A stretch of 64,000 nucleotides of DNA, taken from Bdellovibrionota bacterium (GTDB lineage Bacteria; Bdellovibrionota_C; UBA2361; CAKMMH01). The notes under the pieces were generated by a model. The model did not search any database. It saw only the letters and a program-made list of their open reading frames with translations, and was not told the origin of the DNA. Location: assembly GCA_050952645.1 (NCBI GenBank), contig JBMNLI010000010.1, positions 32,001 through 96,000 of the forward strand, written 5' to 3'. Positions 21,547 to 32,733 of the stretch are shown piece by piece (positions within the stretch are counted from its first letter, which is position 1; every line of letters starts with the position of its first letter). A program made the position numbers and the translations under genes.

Positions 21547-22619
21547 TTAAAAGAAAAAATCAAAAATCTTAGATATGGCATGAAAGAAATAAGCTAGGTA
21601 ATACAATATCGCATATGACACTATACCTACAGCATCACGCAGTTTAGAAAGAACTGAAATATTTCTAAAATAAAAGATAGGACCATATCCATATAAATTA
21701 TCAGATGCATCGACTATATATAAACCAAAAGGGGATATTATAACATCTTTTACACCACTATAAACTAACAGCGGTTCTCTTAAATTGCTAGCATAAACAC
21801 TTTGTTCTCTTAATTTAAAATGATTAAGTCCATAGCAATGGTAAAGTTTCCCATCATTTGTAAGAGCGTAAGTAGCATCGAATGTAGTTAATATCTTAGA
21901 AACGTTATCTAATACTTTTTTAAAAGATAACGCCTCTTTATTTTTATACATATTGTTTCCTTTACGATATAGCTCTCCACTATTAGTAATAATATGGAAC
22001 TGCTCTCTACTAAATTCAAGTTGTTTTACATTATCGAAAATTTTTATAGGTAAAGAAATTTTAGAATCTTTAGTTAGAGCAAGAATGTTATAATAATTAT
22101 CTCCCCAGCACCAAAGCTCTCCGTTAGTTTTTATAGCGCACATCTCCAAGACACTGATATGCTATCTACATTATCTAAAACCTTAGTTGGGCGGCTTATT
22201 ATCTCATCTTGACTATTAGCTCCTACTCTTCCTGAAGAATTATCTCGCCAACAAAAAAGTTCTTTAGATGTAGCTGTAGCACACCTAGTATAGTCAATCG
22301 CATCTACTTTACTTATATTAAAATTAGGTAGCACCATTTGAGGGGTTTTTACGGTATCGGTTCCTCCATTTCCTATTTGTCCTTTATCGTTATCTCCTAA
22401 ACAAAAAAGTTTATTATCTGAAATAGCACAAAGACTTTCAGCGCCTATATGAACTAAACTTACACGTTCTAACCCACTAATTTTTTGAAGCGTAGCAAAA
22501 GATGGCATTTGATTATAAGTGCTACCTCCTAAACAATAAAGCTCATCTTCTTTAGAAATAGCACAAGGGGGCTCGACGCTTTTTACTTCTTCTAATTTGT
22601 CCTGAAAGCCATAAAAAAC
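21547..22619 (-). pseudogene. RCC1/BLIP-II-like beta-propeller repeat protein, 5'-truncated and frameshifted
   Basis: Repeats CAIS..LYCLG, CAISDNKLFCLGDNDKGQIG and CAIKTNGELWCWGDN. The repeats continue upstream of the ATG at 22508 to a stop at 22620 with no start, and there is a 1-nt frameshift near 22150. Confidence 0.75.
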
Positions 22620-22624
22620 TTAAT

Positions 22625-23147
22625 TCATCTTTTTACAGCAAAGTATTTTTATATATATCATTATGCGCAATATTATCGGCTATACATCTTTGTTTAATAG
22701 GGACTACGCCTAGTAAAATAATTATGAAAATAAAAGTATTAGATGGCAAAACAGATAGAAAAATAAATTTTTTTAAAGCTCTTTTGCGAGAATTAATTGC
22801 TTACACATTACTTATTGGATTACTGATTACTATCGGAAGTATTGTTATTTACAGGTGGCGAGGTTTTTAGGGTTATTTTCAATATCTGCAAAAATATATT
22901 AAAAGAAAATGCGGTATCTCTAAAAAGTTTTAAAATCGATCTTCTTTTTATCACCTTTAGTATAATCAGTCTTATTATCGCATATTATCACGATAGATAC
23001 ACAGGAAAATATGGCAAAATAATATACGATAAGTTATTAAATATCGATGTGCTATGCAAACACTCAAGAACCGCTTGGCTGTTTCCATTGTTTTATTTTC
23101 TTATTATACAAGGTTTTTTCTTTACAATGGTTATTGAAATGAAATAA
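22625..23147 (+). pseudogene. RDD-family membrane protein fragment, 5'-truncated and frameshifted
   Basis: Manual translation from 22700 gives GTTPSKIIMKIKVLD..INFFKALLRE (RDD core). After a frameshift near 22840 the 22842..23147 ORF contains KIIYDKLLNIDV (RDD C-terminal motif). Confidence 0.65.
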
Positions 23148-23221
23148 AAATATAATAGACCATATAAAACCTTTAAGTTCTTTATGCGTTTTAAGTAGGT
23201 TTAAAAGAATTGCTTTTTTTC

Positions 23222-24778
23222 TTAATTTACCCGAAACCCTAAACACTCATTTAAACATCTTAAGATAGCATTAAATTTAATTAGCATCTCACTATCGTCT
23301 ATACTATTTATACTATCACTTATACTATCATTCATACTCGCATCATCACGACTAGCATATTCTAAATAAAGAACTCCTTTCTTAATCTCATCACCAAATG
23401 GGGCACATATACAATTTGCCAAACCTCCAGTTAGAGAAAAGCCTCGATATTTTATTGGACTATCGCTATTTAATGAATTTGCAACTAATGCTATAGATGA
23501 TTTATCATTATTTCCTTTAAGATTATTATCTTCATAAAAAATTTCATCATATTTATAAAGTTCTTTCTCTCCTATTTTTAAAGTCGGAACTAACGATTTC
23601 TTCTCTTCGTTATAAATATACAAGCACCCATTTCCAAACCCCGCCTTATAAATAGTATCGTATCTTAAAATCTCTAAGGCTCTCTTAGAAAATCTATCAT
23701 TAGACATATTTACATAGACCTTTTTAAAACTATTTATAATATCATCATCACACTGAAATATAAAAGTATTCTTTCTTAACTTATTATCTGCATGCGCTAA
23801 TATGGCGTCCTTTACCTTGTCTTTAATCGACATAGTTAAGTCGAATATCTCAGGGGCGAATTTTTCATAGTATTCACACGCCTTTAAAACTTCTCTTTTT
23901 ATAACTTTTGAAATATTAGTATCCGATATCTCATCTTTAAAATCATCTAAATGATTTATAACCTCAGGGAAAATCTTAGGCTCATAAAACTTTGCTATCA
24001 TCTCTGCATCATCTATACATTTTAAAGCAACTCTATTCTGAGAATTATCGCTTTTACGAATATCTACACAATCTTTTATCTCGTTTTCAAAATTCCAACT
24101 AGAAATCAGCTCTACTATTAAATCATTTGGTGAAAAACCTAGTGCCTTTTCTATAAAATCATCTAATGCGGCTTTCGCATTACTTTGAGCTTTTAATGCT
24201 TTTGAAAATAGCCTTGGATAGTTCCAAGCGATTAAGCAATTAGCTAGCCCTCTTAGCATAGAAACGACGTATACCCAAAGTGGGTCTTCATTATTAAGCA
24301 GAGCAAACTTTTGTGAAACTTGCGTTGAAATCGCAGTGTGCTTATAAATAACTGCTTTTGCGTCCTTCATATCTTCTATGGAATGATAAGAATATTCCTT
24401 AGCGTCCTTTAAAAATATTTTTTTAAGTTCTTCTATATCGCAATTTTTTAAGAATTTAACTGGATCTATACTATCTTTAGAAGTTATAAAATTAGGCATC
24501 TCTTTAAAGATTAACGCTAGTATCGTAAAATCCATCGAGATATCTTCTAAGAATTTACCTCTATTATTATCATACACCCTAGTAATAATATTATTTTTAA
24601 TCGAATTATAAACCGCTTCATTTAAAGGCATCCAAGCCTTACACATCTTATCTAAAGCCTGTTTTAGCTCAGTTTCCTTTACGTGCATTAATGGTATATA
24701 TGATTTTATAGTATCTTTAGTCTCTTTAGGGTTTCCCCTACTAGACATTCGATATATAAAACTCTTCTTATCTTCCAC
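23222..24778 (-). CDS. HDOD-like signalling protein, with a possible C-terminal GAF-like domain
   Basis: Helical N-half with a degenerate HDOD pattern (VSMLRGLANCLIAWNYP..LGF..LISSWNF). The C-terminal GCLYIY..CICAPF..GVLYLE is GAF-like. Confidence 0.55.
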   Translation of the reverse strand: MEDKKSFIYRMSSRGNPKETKDTIKSYIPLMHVKETELKQALDKMCKAWMPLNEAVYNSIKNNIITRVYDNNRGKFLEDISMDFTILALIFKEMPNFITSKDSIDPVKFLKNCDIEELKKIFLKDAKEYSYHSIEDMKDAKAVIYKHTAISTQVSQKFALLNNEDPLWVYVVSMLRGLANCLIAWNYPRLFSKALKAQSNAKAALDDFIEKALGFSPNDLIVELISSWNFENEIKDCVDIRKSDNSQNRVALKCIDDAEMIAKFYEPKIFPEVINHLDDFKDEISDTNISKVIKREVLKACEYYEKFAPEIFDLTMSIKDKVKDAILAHADNKLRKNTFIFQCDDDIINSFKKVYVNMSNDRFSKRALEILRYDTIYKAGFGNGCLYIYNEEKKSLVPTLKIGEKELYKYDEIFYEDNNLKGNNDKSSIALVANSLNSDSPIKYRGFSLTGGLANCICAPFGDEIKKGVLYLEYASRDDASMNDSISDSINSIDDSEMLIKFNAILRCLNECLGFRVN

Positions 24779-25065
24779 TAGAAGCGCTCCTAAATAGTGT
24801 CAGTTTAAAAAATTTTTTAATAATTTCTAGATTTCTAAGTATCCTAATTTAGGAAAATCGACATTTTACTTTAAAAACTTTAAATATAATCGAAATTAAA
24901 CAACTTTACTTATTGTGCATTGAAAAGAATTAAATAAACTTGTATATTATTTTTATGTATAAAATAGCGTGTTAGCAAAGTAAAACTCTGTCTAAACTCT
25001 ACTTGACTTGTGTAAACTGCAAACTAATAATAAGCAAATAATAATCAAATAATAAGGTCTAAATT

Positions 25066-26079
25066 ATGTTAATATTGCGTAAGTTTTTTTCTAAATTTTT
25101 AACTAATTTTTTTTATAAGGATATAAAAAGTATATATTTTCTTTTACTAGCGATTATTACTAATTTTACAGCGATAATTTTTACTACAAACACTTCAAAC
25201 GCTCAAGTATTCCTAGATGCGATTATCGCTACAATTAACGATACCCCAATTACACTTTCAGATATAAATAAAAAATACGACAAAAACTACACATATAACG
25301 AGCTAAAAGAAAATATAAACGCTAATAAAATAATAGATACTGCAATTCTAGATACTATTGTAGAAATGGAAGCTAAAAAGAAAAGAATTAGCGTTTCTGA
25401 AAAAGAGCTAGATAATTATATTTCACAAATAGCTAGCAAAAACTCTTTAACTGTAAATGAGTTTAAAAACGAGTTAGCAAAACAAAATATTTCGTTTAAA
25501 AATTATAAAGAACAAATAAAAAATGATATTTTAAAAACAAAAATAGCTTCTAATATTATACGAAATGGAACTGCTGTTACGGAAGAAGAGGTGGATAACT
25601 ACTTAAAAAAAGTTGCTGAAAACGATTTATTAAATAGCAAAATTTCATTAAGCCAAATTTGCGTTCTTAAAAATAATAAAAGCGAAGCAGACGCTCTTAG
25701 AATACTAAAGAACATTACTGATGATTTAAAAGATGATGATTTTAAAGATGATGATTTTAAAGATGTTGCAGAAAAATATTCCGAAACTCTAGGAGCTAAA
25801 CAAGGGGGCTTTGTAGGAGAGTTTGAGCTAAATGAATTATCGAGCGAAATTTTTAATGCAGTCTCTAATTTAAAAGAAGGCGAAACATCAAAAATTATAG
25901 ATATGGCTAACACGTATTGCATATTTAAAGTAAATAGCAAAGATGCAGCAAAAGAACCTACCGAAGAAGAAAGAAAAAAAGCGAGAGAAAAAATAGAAGA
26001 AGAGCGTTTAAAAGATGATATCAACTCTTATTTTTCTAAAGAAATTTTTAAAAATTATACTATCGATAAAAAAATATAA
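25066..26079 (+). CDS. surA: SurA-like periplasmic chaperone / parvulin PPIase
   Basis: Signal/TM segment, DAIIATINDTPITLSD, SurA N-domain, FKDVAEKYSE..GGFVG parvulin motif. Confidence 0.8.
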   Translation: MLILRKFFSKFLTNFFYKDIKSIYFLLLAIITNFTAIIFTTNTSNAQVFLDAIIATINDTPITLSDINKKYDKNYTYNELKENINANKIIDTAILDTIVEMEAKKKRISVSEKELDNYISQIASKNSLTVNEFKNELAKQNISFKNYKEQIKNDILKTKIASNIIRNGTAVTEEEVDNYLKKVAENDLLNSKISLSQICVLKNNKSEADALRILKNITDDLKDDDFKDDDFKDVAEKYSETLGAKQGGFVGEFELNELSSEIFNAVSNLKEGETSKIIDMANTYCIFKVNSKDAAKEPTEEERKKAREKIEEERLKDDINSYFSKEIFKNYTIDKKI

Positions 26080-27962
26080 TGGTTAGCAGCATAAAACCTA
26101 AAGAAAAAAATCAAATAATATTAGACAAATACTCTTTGGATTATTTCAAGCACTCCCTTATTTTTTCTTCTAATTTAAGCGATTTTAATTTTTTATATAA
26201 AAAATTAAAGAAAGATTATAAATATAAGAGCGAATGCTACAAAGCTATAAATTTTGGAGAAATTCCTAGTTTAACTATAAGCGATAATTTATTAGATAAT
26301 ATAAAAAGCGATATCCATTTTTTAGACTACAATATTACTTTTCAAGATATTTTTTCAAAGTTAAAAATACTAGATAAAATAAATGAAATTTCTAGTTTAG
26401 AATATAAATGTCCTAATTGTAGTAGCAAGCTAGTGCAAACTAATTTAGACTACTTTTCTAATGTTATTTTTAAATCTTATTTTAATGATGTTATAGCTCT
26501 TGGAATATACGATAAAGAACATTCAAAAATAGATATCAAATCTCTTTTAAAACAAAATATATTTCACATTATTTATAATAATAAACTATACGATATAGAT
26601 GAATTAGAAAAAATAGATATTAAAAATTATTACCACGTATTACATAAAATATCAGTTAAAGATATAGCTAAACTAAAAGAAAAGTTAAACGATATATATT
26701 TAAAACTAAAAAAAGATAATTTAAATATATTTGTTTTTTCTTTATCAAAAAATAAGCTAGAAACTTTTAATTTAGAAAATAATTATATTTGCTCTAATTG
26801 TTTATTTGAAACTAAGGATATAAAACTAGAAGATGCAAGGAATGTTTATTATAAGAATCTAAATTTGCATTCTATTTTAAATACACCTTTTAAAGAACTA
26901 ATTTTAAAATGTGAAAATAAAGAGATAAAAAATATATTAGAAACACTAATTTTTTACGATTTGGGCAATTTTTGCTTTAACTCTAAAATCGAAGATTATA
27001 ATTTAAGTTATATATTAAATTATATTTACATAAAAAGTAAGCTAAACATAGATGATATTTTAATACTAGAAACCCCACTATCTTTTATAAATAAAAATAC
27101 TTTAGAAAATATATTAAAAGAGCTAAAAAGTTATAGCACAATTATATTTGAAAACTGCGAAGATATTTTTAATTTTAATTTTGATAAAGTATACAAGCTT
27201 TCAGATGGAGTTAAAAAGAGCTTCTCTAAAGAAGCAAAAAACTCTACTCTTATTAAAAACAAGGTAAATATTTTTTTAAAACGTGATATAGACAGTATAG
27301 TAAAAGATGTATTAGAAAATATTGAAAGTAGCAAAAATAATGGACTAATAGCAGATTTTTCAAAAGTTATAACCATAGACCCCGTTTTTTCAAAAGATAC
27401 TACGATAATTAATGCATTAAATATTTTTTCAAAAATAAATGATATTTTTTTAAACACGACCGATGCTAAAGTTCTTGGACTTACTAGAAAAGATTTTTTA
27501 CTTAAAACTAGTAATCAAAAATTATGTCAAAAATGTTTCGGGAAAGGCAAAATAAAAGAGTTTAATGATATTTATAAAGATTGTTATAAATGTAATGGAA
27601 GTTTTTTTAACGAAGAGATTTTAAATTTAAAATTTAAAAATTTAAGTTTAAAAGAAGTTTACAACTTAAACTTAAAAGAAGCATTATCGTTTTTTGATGG
27701 TTTTTTTAAAATAACTGAGCCTTTAAGGCTTTTAGTTAATTTAGGAGTTAAAGATTTTAAACTAAATAGTAGCACCTTACTATTGACTAGCGATATTGTA
27801 AATTTAATAAATATTTGCAGTAATTTCGATAGGTTGCAAAACTCAAACTTATACATTATTAAAAATGCATTCTCTTTCTTAAGTATTTCTCAAAAATTAC
27901 GATTTATAGATGTAATGCAAGATTACATTAAGACCGATACTATAATAGTAGAAACGGTTTAG
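26079..27962 (+). CDS. Highly divergent UvrA-like protein lacking recognisable ATPase motifs
   Basis: CPNC, CSNC and CQKCFGKG..CYKCNGSFFNEEILNLKFKNLSLKEVYNLNLKEALSFF follow the UvrA zinc modules. ILILETPLSF and LYIIKNAFSFL are decayed Walker B/D-loops. No Walker A is visible. Confidence 0.65.
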   Translation: MVSSIKPKEKNQIILDKYSLDYFKHSLIFSSNLSDFNFLYKKLKKDYKYKSECYKAINFGEIPSLTISDNLLDNIKSDIHFLDYNITFQDIFSKLKILDKINEISSLEYKCPNCSSKLVQTNLDYFSNVIFKSYFNDVIALGIYDKEHSKIDIKSLLKQNIFHIIYNNKLYDIDELEKIDIKNYYHVLHKISVKDIAKLKEKLNDIYLKLKKDNLNIFVFSLSKNKLETFNLENNYICSNCLFETKDIKLEDARNVYYKNLNLHSILNTPFKELILKCENKEIKNILETLIFYDLGNFCFNSKIEDYNLSYILNYIYIKSKLNIDDILILETPLSFINKNTLENILKELKSYSTIIFENCEDIFNFNFDKVYKLSDGVKKSFSKEAKNSTLIKNKVNIFLKRDIDSIVKDVLENIESSKNNGLIADFSKVITIDPVFSKDTTIINALNIFSKINDIFLNTTDAKVLGLTRKDFLLKTSNQKLCQKCFGKGKIKEFNDIYKDCYKCNGSFFNEEILNLKFKNLSLKEVYNLNLKEALSFFDGFFKITEPLRLLVNLGVKDFKLNSSTLLLTSDIVNLINICSNFDRLQNSNLYIIKNAFSFLSISQKLRFIDVMQDYIKTDTIIVETV

Positions 27963-28090
27963 AGTAAGTTTAAAAAAAAAGTTTTTTTAGAATCAATTAG
28001 TTAAATTTGCACGATATATTTTAAGGCTTCTAATTTAAAGCTAATTTTAAAAAGTTTAATTAAGAATTTTTATTTAATGGTTTTCTTTAT

Positions 28091-28411
28091 ATGTTAAGAT
28101 ATTTTATTAAGTTTCAAAGAAATCAAAAAGGAGAAGGAGAAGGGACTTTTATTTTTATCGTTATGGTTATCCTAGCTATTATAAGCGGTATCTTTTGGTT
28201 TATCGGATTTATAAGAGAAACTAAGCACGAAAGGGTAGAAAGAACTATAAGATTAAGAGAAGAAGAAGAAAGAAAAAAAATGATACTCGCTATGGAAAAA
28301 CACGAACCTAAGGGATATTTATACGTATATAAACCTGGAATTTGCGGAAAAGAGCCTTGCAAAATTACTAGACCTTATTTTGAAGAAGTGCACGCAAAGA
28401 TAAAGAAATAG
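28091..28411 (+). CDS. hypothetical single-pass membrane protein
   Basis: Basic N-terminus, hydrophobic helix, charged segment, Cys pair. Confidence 0.6.
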   Translation: MLRYFIKFQRNQKGEGEGTFIFIVMVILAIISGIFWFIGFIRETKHERVERTIRLREEEERKKMILAMEKHEPKGYLYVYKPGICGKEPCKITRPYFEEVHAKIKK

Positions 28412-28444
28412 TTCTTTACGCATTTTAAAGGTTTGCTTAAAAGA

Positions 28445-28513
28445 TATGGACTTCAAAGTTTTGCAAAAGTTTTAGCAAAAAACTCTCACAAAACTTTCTA
28501 GATGAAGTCCATA
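28445..28513. terminator. Nested hairpin between convergent hypothetical genes (probable bidirectional terminator)
   Basis: tatggacttca / tgaagtccata outer stem and aaagttttg / caaaacttt inner stem. Confidence 0.65.
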
Positions 28514-28546
28514 AATAAAAGTTCTAAAACGTTTTAAAAACGAATA

Positions 28547-29122
28547 TTACTGGTTATCAATAAGTTGTTCTTCCCGAGTAGAAAAAAAACAACCAATAGA
28601 ATTAAGCTTGCCAGTATTTGCGGAAACCCAAGAAACGGTATGCCCACGAGGTGCTACTTCTTTAGCAATTTGAGGGATATTGTCTTTAATAGTCTTAATC
28701 ACATTTTTTTCATCACCGCTAGCAGACCAAGAGGATATATATACTACAAACTCACGGCTAGTTCTAACTTCCTTCCCACTCTTTAGCGTTTTTATAAAAA
28801 GACGCAATATAGGGAAAGGAATTTTACCTTCACGGCTGTAATGACTTTTTGCCAGTTCTTCCTCATTGTTAAATAACCAATTAAAAGTCGGGCTATGCCA
28901 CACGGCATTATTAATTGCTTCAGTATTGCCTTTAATACTTTTAAAAATACTTTCAAGCTCTCCTTCCGCTAGAAAAGAAGGTTTTTTAACCACTACTTGA
29001 ATTGCAAATACTCTTTTTTCCCCTTTTTTTGTTTCTCCCACGAAATACCAGAAAATTGAAGGACAATTACCTAAATTTATAATAGGAAAACCACCATCTG
29101 CCCCATTCATAACAACGAGCAC
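28547..29122 (-). CDS. hypothetical protein
   Basis: 191-codon ORF in AT-rich DNA; no family recognised; start uncertain. Confidence 0.55.
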   Translation of the reverse strand: MLVVMNGADGGFPIINLGNCPSIFWYFVGETKKGEKRVFAIQVVVKKPSFLAEGELESIFKSIKGNTEAINNAVWHSPTFNWLFNNEEELAKSHYSREGKIPFPILRLFIKTLKSGKEVRTSREFVVYISSWSASGDEKNVIKTIKDNIPQIAKEVAPRGHTVSWVSANTGKLNSIGCFFSTREEQLIDNQ

Positions 29123-29227
29123 TCACTTTCTATTTAATAGTGTTAATATTGTTATATTTGAACCATTGTAAAAAACCACAACGTTTTAATGACTCTATCA
29201 CAATATTATCACATTTTCAAAATATTT

Positions 29228-30361
29228 TTAAACGAACATCTTTTTTAATTTTTCAAAAAATCCCTCGTTTTCTTTGTCGGTAATTTTTGGGGCGTTTTGC
29301 TCCGTCTGCCTTAACTCTTCTAACACTTTTCTTTCTTCATCTGTAATCGATGTAGGAACATTTACGATAACTTTTATATGAAGATCGCCTCTTCTAGTAG
29401 TTCCTAAAACTTGAACTCCACGATTTTTCAACTTAAATACCTTATCAGCAGGCGTTCCTGCAGGAATTTTTAAACTTTCTTTCCCCTCTAACGTTATAAT
29501 TTCTACATCCCCACCTAAAACTAACGTAGTATAATTTACTGGTAGCTTATAAAAAAGCTCATACCCATCTCTTCTAAAAATCTTATGCTCTTTAACATTT
29601 ATATTAACATATAAATCGCCCGTAGGACCACCATTTATACCTGCTTCCCCTTCTCCTCTTAGCTTTAATCTTTGATTATCTGCGATACCTGCAGGTACTT
29701 TTACTTTTAATACTGCCTCATCTATTTTTCTCTTAGTTCCTTTACAAGTTTGACATTTATTCTGTATATATTGCCCCGACCCTCTGCAATCTGGGCACGG
29801 TCTACTTATACTAAAAAATCCTTGCTGAATTCTAACTTGCCCCGTCCCTTTACATTGAGGACACTTCTCAACGCTTGAACCTTTTTCAGCACCAGTGCCA
29901 TCACACGCATCACACTTAACTCTTCTTTTTAATTTAATCTCTTTTTCAGTTCCAAATACAGCCTCTTCAAACTCTATTTCTAGCTCGTAGACTAAATCGG
30001 CCCCGGCTTGCCCCCTAGCGCGTCCACCACCGCTTTGCATCGCACCGCCAAAAAATGAACTAAAAATATCACCAAAAATATCTTCAAAACCTGAAAAATC
30101 TCCAAATCCACCAAAACCACTAAAACCTCCATTTTGATCGAACGCCGCATGGCCAAATTGATCGTATTTAGCACGAGCATTATCATCACTTAAAACTTGA
30201 TAAGCCTCAGTAGCCTCTTTAAATTTTTCTTCAGCATCCTTATTTCCCTTATTTTTATCTGGGTGATATTTTAAAGCTAGTGCTCTATAGGATTTCTTTA
30301 TATCACTTTTGCTAGCATTTTTAGGGACTCCTAAAACTTCGTAATAATCTCTTCTTTCCAA
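29228..30361 (-). CDS. dnaJ: molecular chaperone DnaJ
   Basis: J-domain with HPD, G/F region, four CxxCxG repeats. Confidence 0.98.
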   Translation of the reverse strand: MERRDYYEVLGVPKNASKSDIKKSYRALALKYHPDKNKGNKDAEEKFKEATEAYQVLSDDNARAKYDQFGHAAFDQNGGFSGFGGFGDFSGFEDIFGDIFSSFFGGAMQSGGGRARGQAGADLVYELEIEFEEAVFGTEKEIKLKRRVKCDACDGTGAEKGSSVEKCPQCKGTGQVRIQQGFFSISRPCPDCRGSGQYIQNKCQTCKGTKRKIDEAVLKVKVPAGIADNQRLKLRGEGEAGINGGPTGDLYVNINVKEHKIFRRDGYELFYKLPVNYTTLVLGGDVEIITLEGKESLKIPAGTPADKVFKLKNRGVQVLGTTRRGDLHIKVIVNVPTSITDEERKVLEELRQTEQNAPKITDKENEGFFEKLKKMFV

Positions 30362-30417
30362 AACGATATCCTTTTTTTACATAAATAATCTTAAAATAAG
30401 ATTATACCACAAACAAC

Positions 30418-30564
30418 AAAAAGTGTACTCAACTTACTAGTAAAAATTTTATTTCTTCACGTTTTAAGGTGGGTTTTAGGTCTTAAGAATTAGCATCGCC
30501 AACCCCAAACGTTGCCTAAAACATGAAAGATCTCAAAATTTACTCATAATTAAGTACACTTTTT
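30418..30564. repeat. Palindromic interspersed element, copy B (core 30453-30530), nested in a larger hairpin in the dnaK-dnaJ spacer
   Basis: Core ttcttcacgttttaaggtgggttttaggtcttaagaattagcatcgccaacccca...ctaaaacatgaaaga; outer arms aaaaagtgtact / agtacacttttt. Confidence 0.8.
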
Positions 30565-30583
30565 AAGAGGTTATGTCAAAGAA

Positions 30584-32506
30584 TTATTTAACTTCTTCAT
30601 AATCAGCATCGACTACATCGTCATCAGCCTTCTTATCCTCAGCACTCGCTTGACCACTAGCCCCCGTAGCATCAGTGCTCGCATTATCAGACGAAGCGCT
30701 CTTATACATTTCTTCAGAAAGTTTATGGCTAGCTTTCATCAATGTTTCATAAGCATCGGTTAAAGCTTGCTTGTCTGAGTTTGAGTCCTCTAATACTTTC
30801 TTAGCATTAGTAATTTCTCTTTCAATATTTTCTTTATCTGTGCTAGAAAGTTTACCATCAAGATCTTTTATAGACTTTTCAGTCGTGTAAACTAAATTAT
30901 CTAAATTATTCTTTGCTTCAACCGCTTCCTTCTTATTCTTATCTTCCTCAGCATGAAGCTCAGCTTCTTTAACCATCTTATCGATTTCAGCCTCACTTAA
31001 TCCAGATGAAGCAGTAATCGTAATCGATTGCTCCTTACCCGTCCCCTCATCTTTTGCAGATACCGCAACGATACCATTACTATCGATCTTAAAGGTAACT
31101 CTAATTTGAGGAATACCCCTTGGAGCAGGTGGAATGCCAACGAGTTCAAAACGTCCTAAGGTTTTATTATCACTCGCCATCTCTCTTTCACCTTGTAAAA
31201 CGTGAATAGACACTGCTGGTTGATTATCTGCGGCCGTTGAGAAAACTTGTGATTTTTCTACTGGAATCGTAGTGTTCTTATCTATAAGCTTTGTAAACAC
31301 ACCTCCATAAGTTTCAATACCTAAACTTAGTGGCGTAACGTCTAACAGGAGCACGTCTTTCACATCACCTTGTAAAACACCACCTTGAATAGCAGCACCA
31401 ATAGCAACCGCTTCATCTGGGTTGATATTCTTAGAAGCCTCTTTTCCAAATATCTTTTTAACCCTTTCTTGAACGGCAGGCATACGAGTCATACCACCTA
31501 TAAGCACCACATCATGAATATCTGATGCGGAAATTCCAGCATCTTTAAGCGCTGTAAGACATGGGCCTTCCAATCTATCTAATAAATCAGTGCAAAGTTG
31601 TTCTAATTTTGAACGACTTAATTTAATATTTAAATGCTTAGGTCCAGATGCATCTGCCGTAATAAATGGTAAATTAACATCCGTCTCCATAGAAGATGAA
31701 AGTTCATGTTTAGCCTTTTCAGCAGCTTCTTTTAATCTTTGAAGCGCCATCGTATCATTTCTTAAATCGATACCATTGTCTTTTCTAAACTCATCAGCTA
31801 AATAATCTACTATCCTTAAGTCGAAGTCCTCACCACCTAAGTACGTATCACCGTTTGTAGACTTTACCTCAAAAACTCCTTCTGCTAACTCTAAAATTGA
31901 AATATCAAACGTTCCACCACCTAAGTCGAATACTGCAATGGTTTTTTCACCGCTCGATTTTTCCATACCATACGAAAGAGCGGCAGCGGTAGGCTCGTTA
32001 ATAATTCTTTGAACATTTAGCCCTGCAATTTTACCAGCATCTTTAGTAGCTTGCCTTTGGGCATCATTAAAATAAGCTGGAACTGTAATTACAGCATCCG
32101 TAACCGTCTCTCCTAAGTAATCCTCGGCTGCTTGTTTCATCTTGCCTAAAATCATAGCTGAAATTTCTTGTGGGCTCTTATCTTCTCCACCAAGCTTTAC
32201 CCAAGCATCACCATTTTTTGCAGAAACTAATTCATATGGTAGAACCTTTTTAGCTCTAGCGACCTCATCTGAGTCGTATTTTCTACCTATCAATCTTTTA
32301 ACGGCAAATATAGTGTTTTTAGGGTTAGTAACCGCTTGTCTTTTAGCGATTTGTCCTACTAATCTTTCTTTAGAATCCGTAACGGCTACCACAGACGAAG
32401 TCGTCCTTGCGCCCTCTGCGTTAGGGATAACTACCGGCGTGCTACCTTCCATTACAGCAACACAAGAATTTGTCGTTCCTAAATCTATACCAATTATTTT
32501 TCCCAT
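30584..32506 (-). CDS. dnaK: molecular chaperone DnaK
   Basis: [26 protein letters not shown]-terminal DADYEEV. Confidence 0.99.
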   Translation of the reverse strand: MGKIIGIDLGTTNSCVAVMEGSTPVVIPNAEGARTTSSVVAVTDSKERLVGQIAKRQAVTNPKNTIFAVKRLIGRKYDSDEVARAKKVLPYELVSAKNGDAWVKLGGEDKSPQEISAMILGKMKQAAEDYLGETVTDAVITVPAYFNDAQRQATKDAGKIAGLNVQRIINEPTAAALSYGMEKSSGEKTIAVFDLGGGTFDISILELAEGVFEVKSTNGDTYLGGEDFDLRIVDYLADEFRKDNGIDLRNDTMALQRLKEAAEKAKHELSSSMETDVNLPFITADASGPKHLNIKLSRSKLEQLCTDLLDRLEGPCLTALKDAGISASDIHDVVLIGGMTRMPAVQERVKKIFGKEASKNINPDEAVAIGAAIQGGVLQGDVKDVLLLDVTPLSLGIETYGGVFTKLIDKNTTIPVEKSQVFSTAADNQPAVSIHVLQGEREMASDNKTLGRFELVGIPPAPRGIPQIRVTFKIDSNGIVAVSAKDEGTGKEQSITITASSGLSEAEIDKMVKEAELHAEEDKNKKEAVEAKNNLDNLVYTTEKSIKDLDGKLSSTDKENIEREITNAKKVLEDSNSDKQALTDAYETLMKASHKLSEEMYKSASSDNASTDATGASGQASAEDKKADDDVVDADYEEVK

Positions 32507-32733
32507 ATATACATACCTCTCTTTTATTTTTCTATTTATTAATATTGTTAAAACTACACTTTAAATAATTTTTTAAAAATACTTTTTAAAATACTTCTTT
32601 GAAATTTTTTATCTTATCTCTTAAGACCTAATTTATCTTAGTAATCACCAAAATATAAATTATCAAGAAAAATTTTAAAAAAAGATGAAAATTTAAAGCA
32701 ACTCCTTTAATTAAATCGTTTATTTATCTCTCG

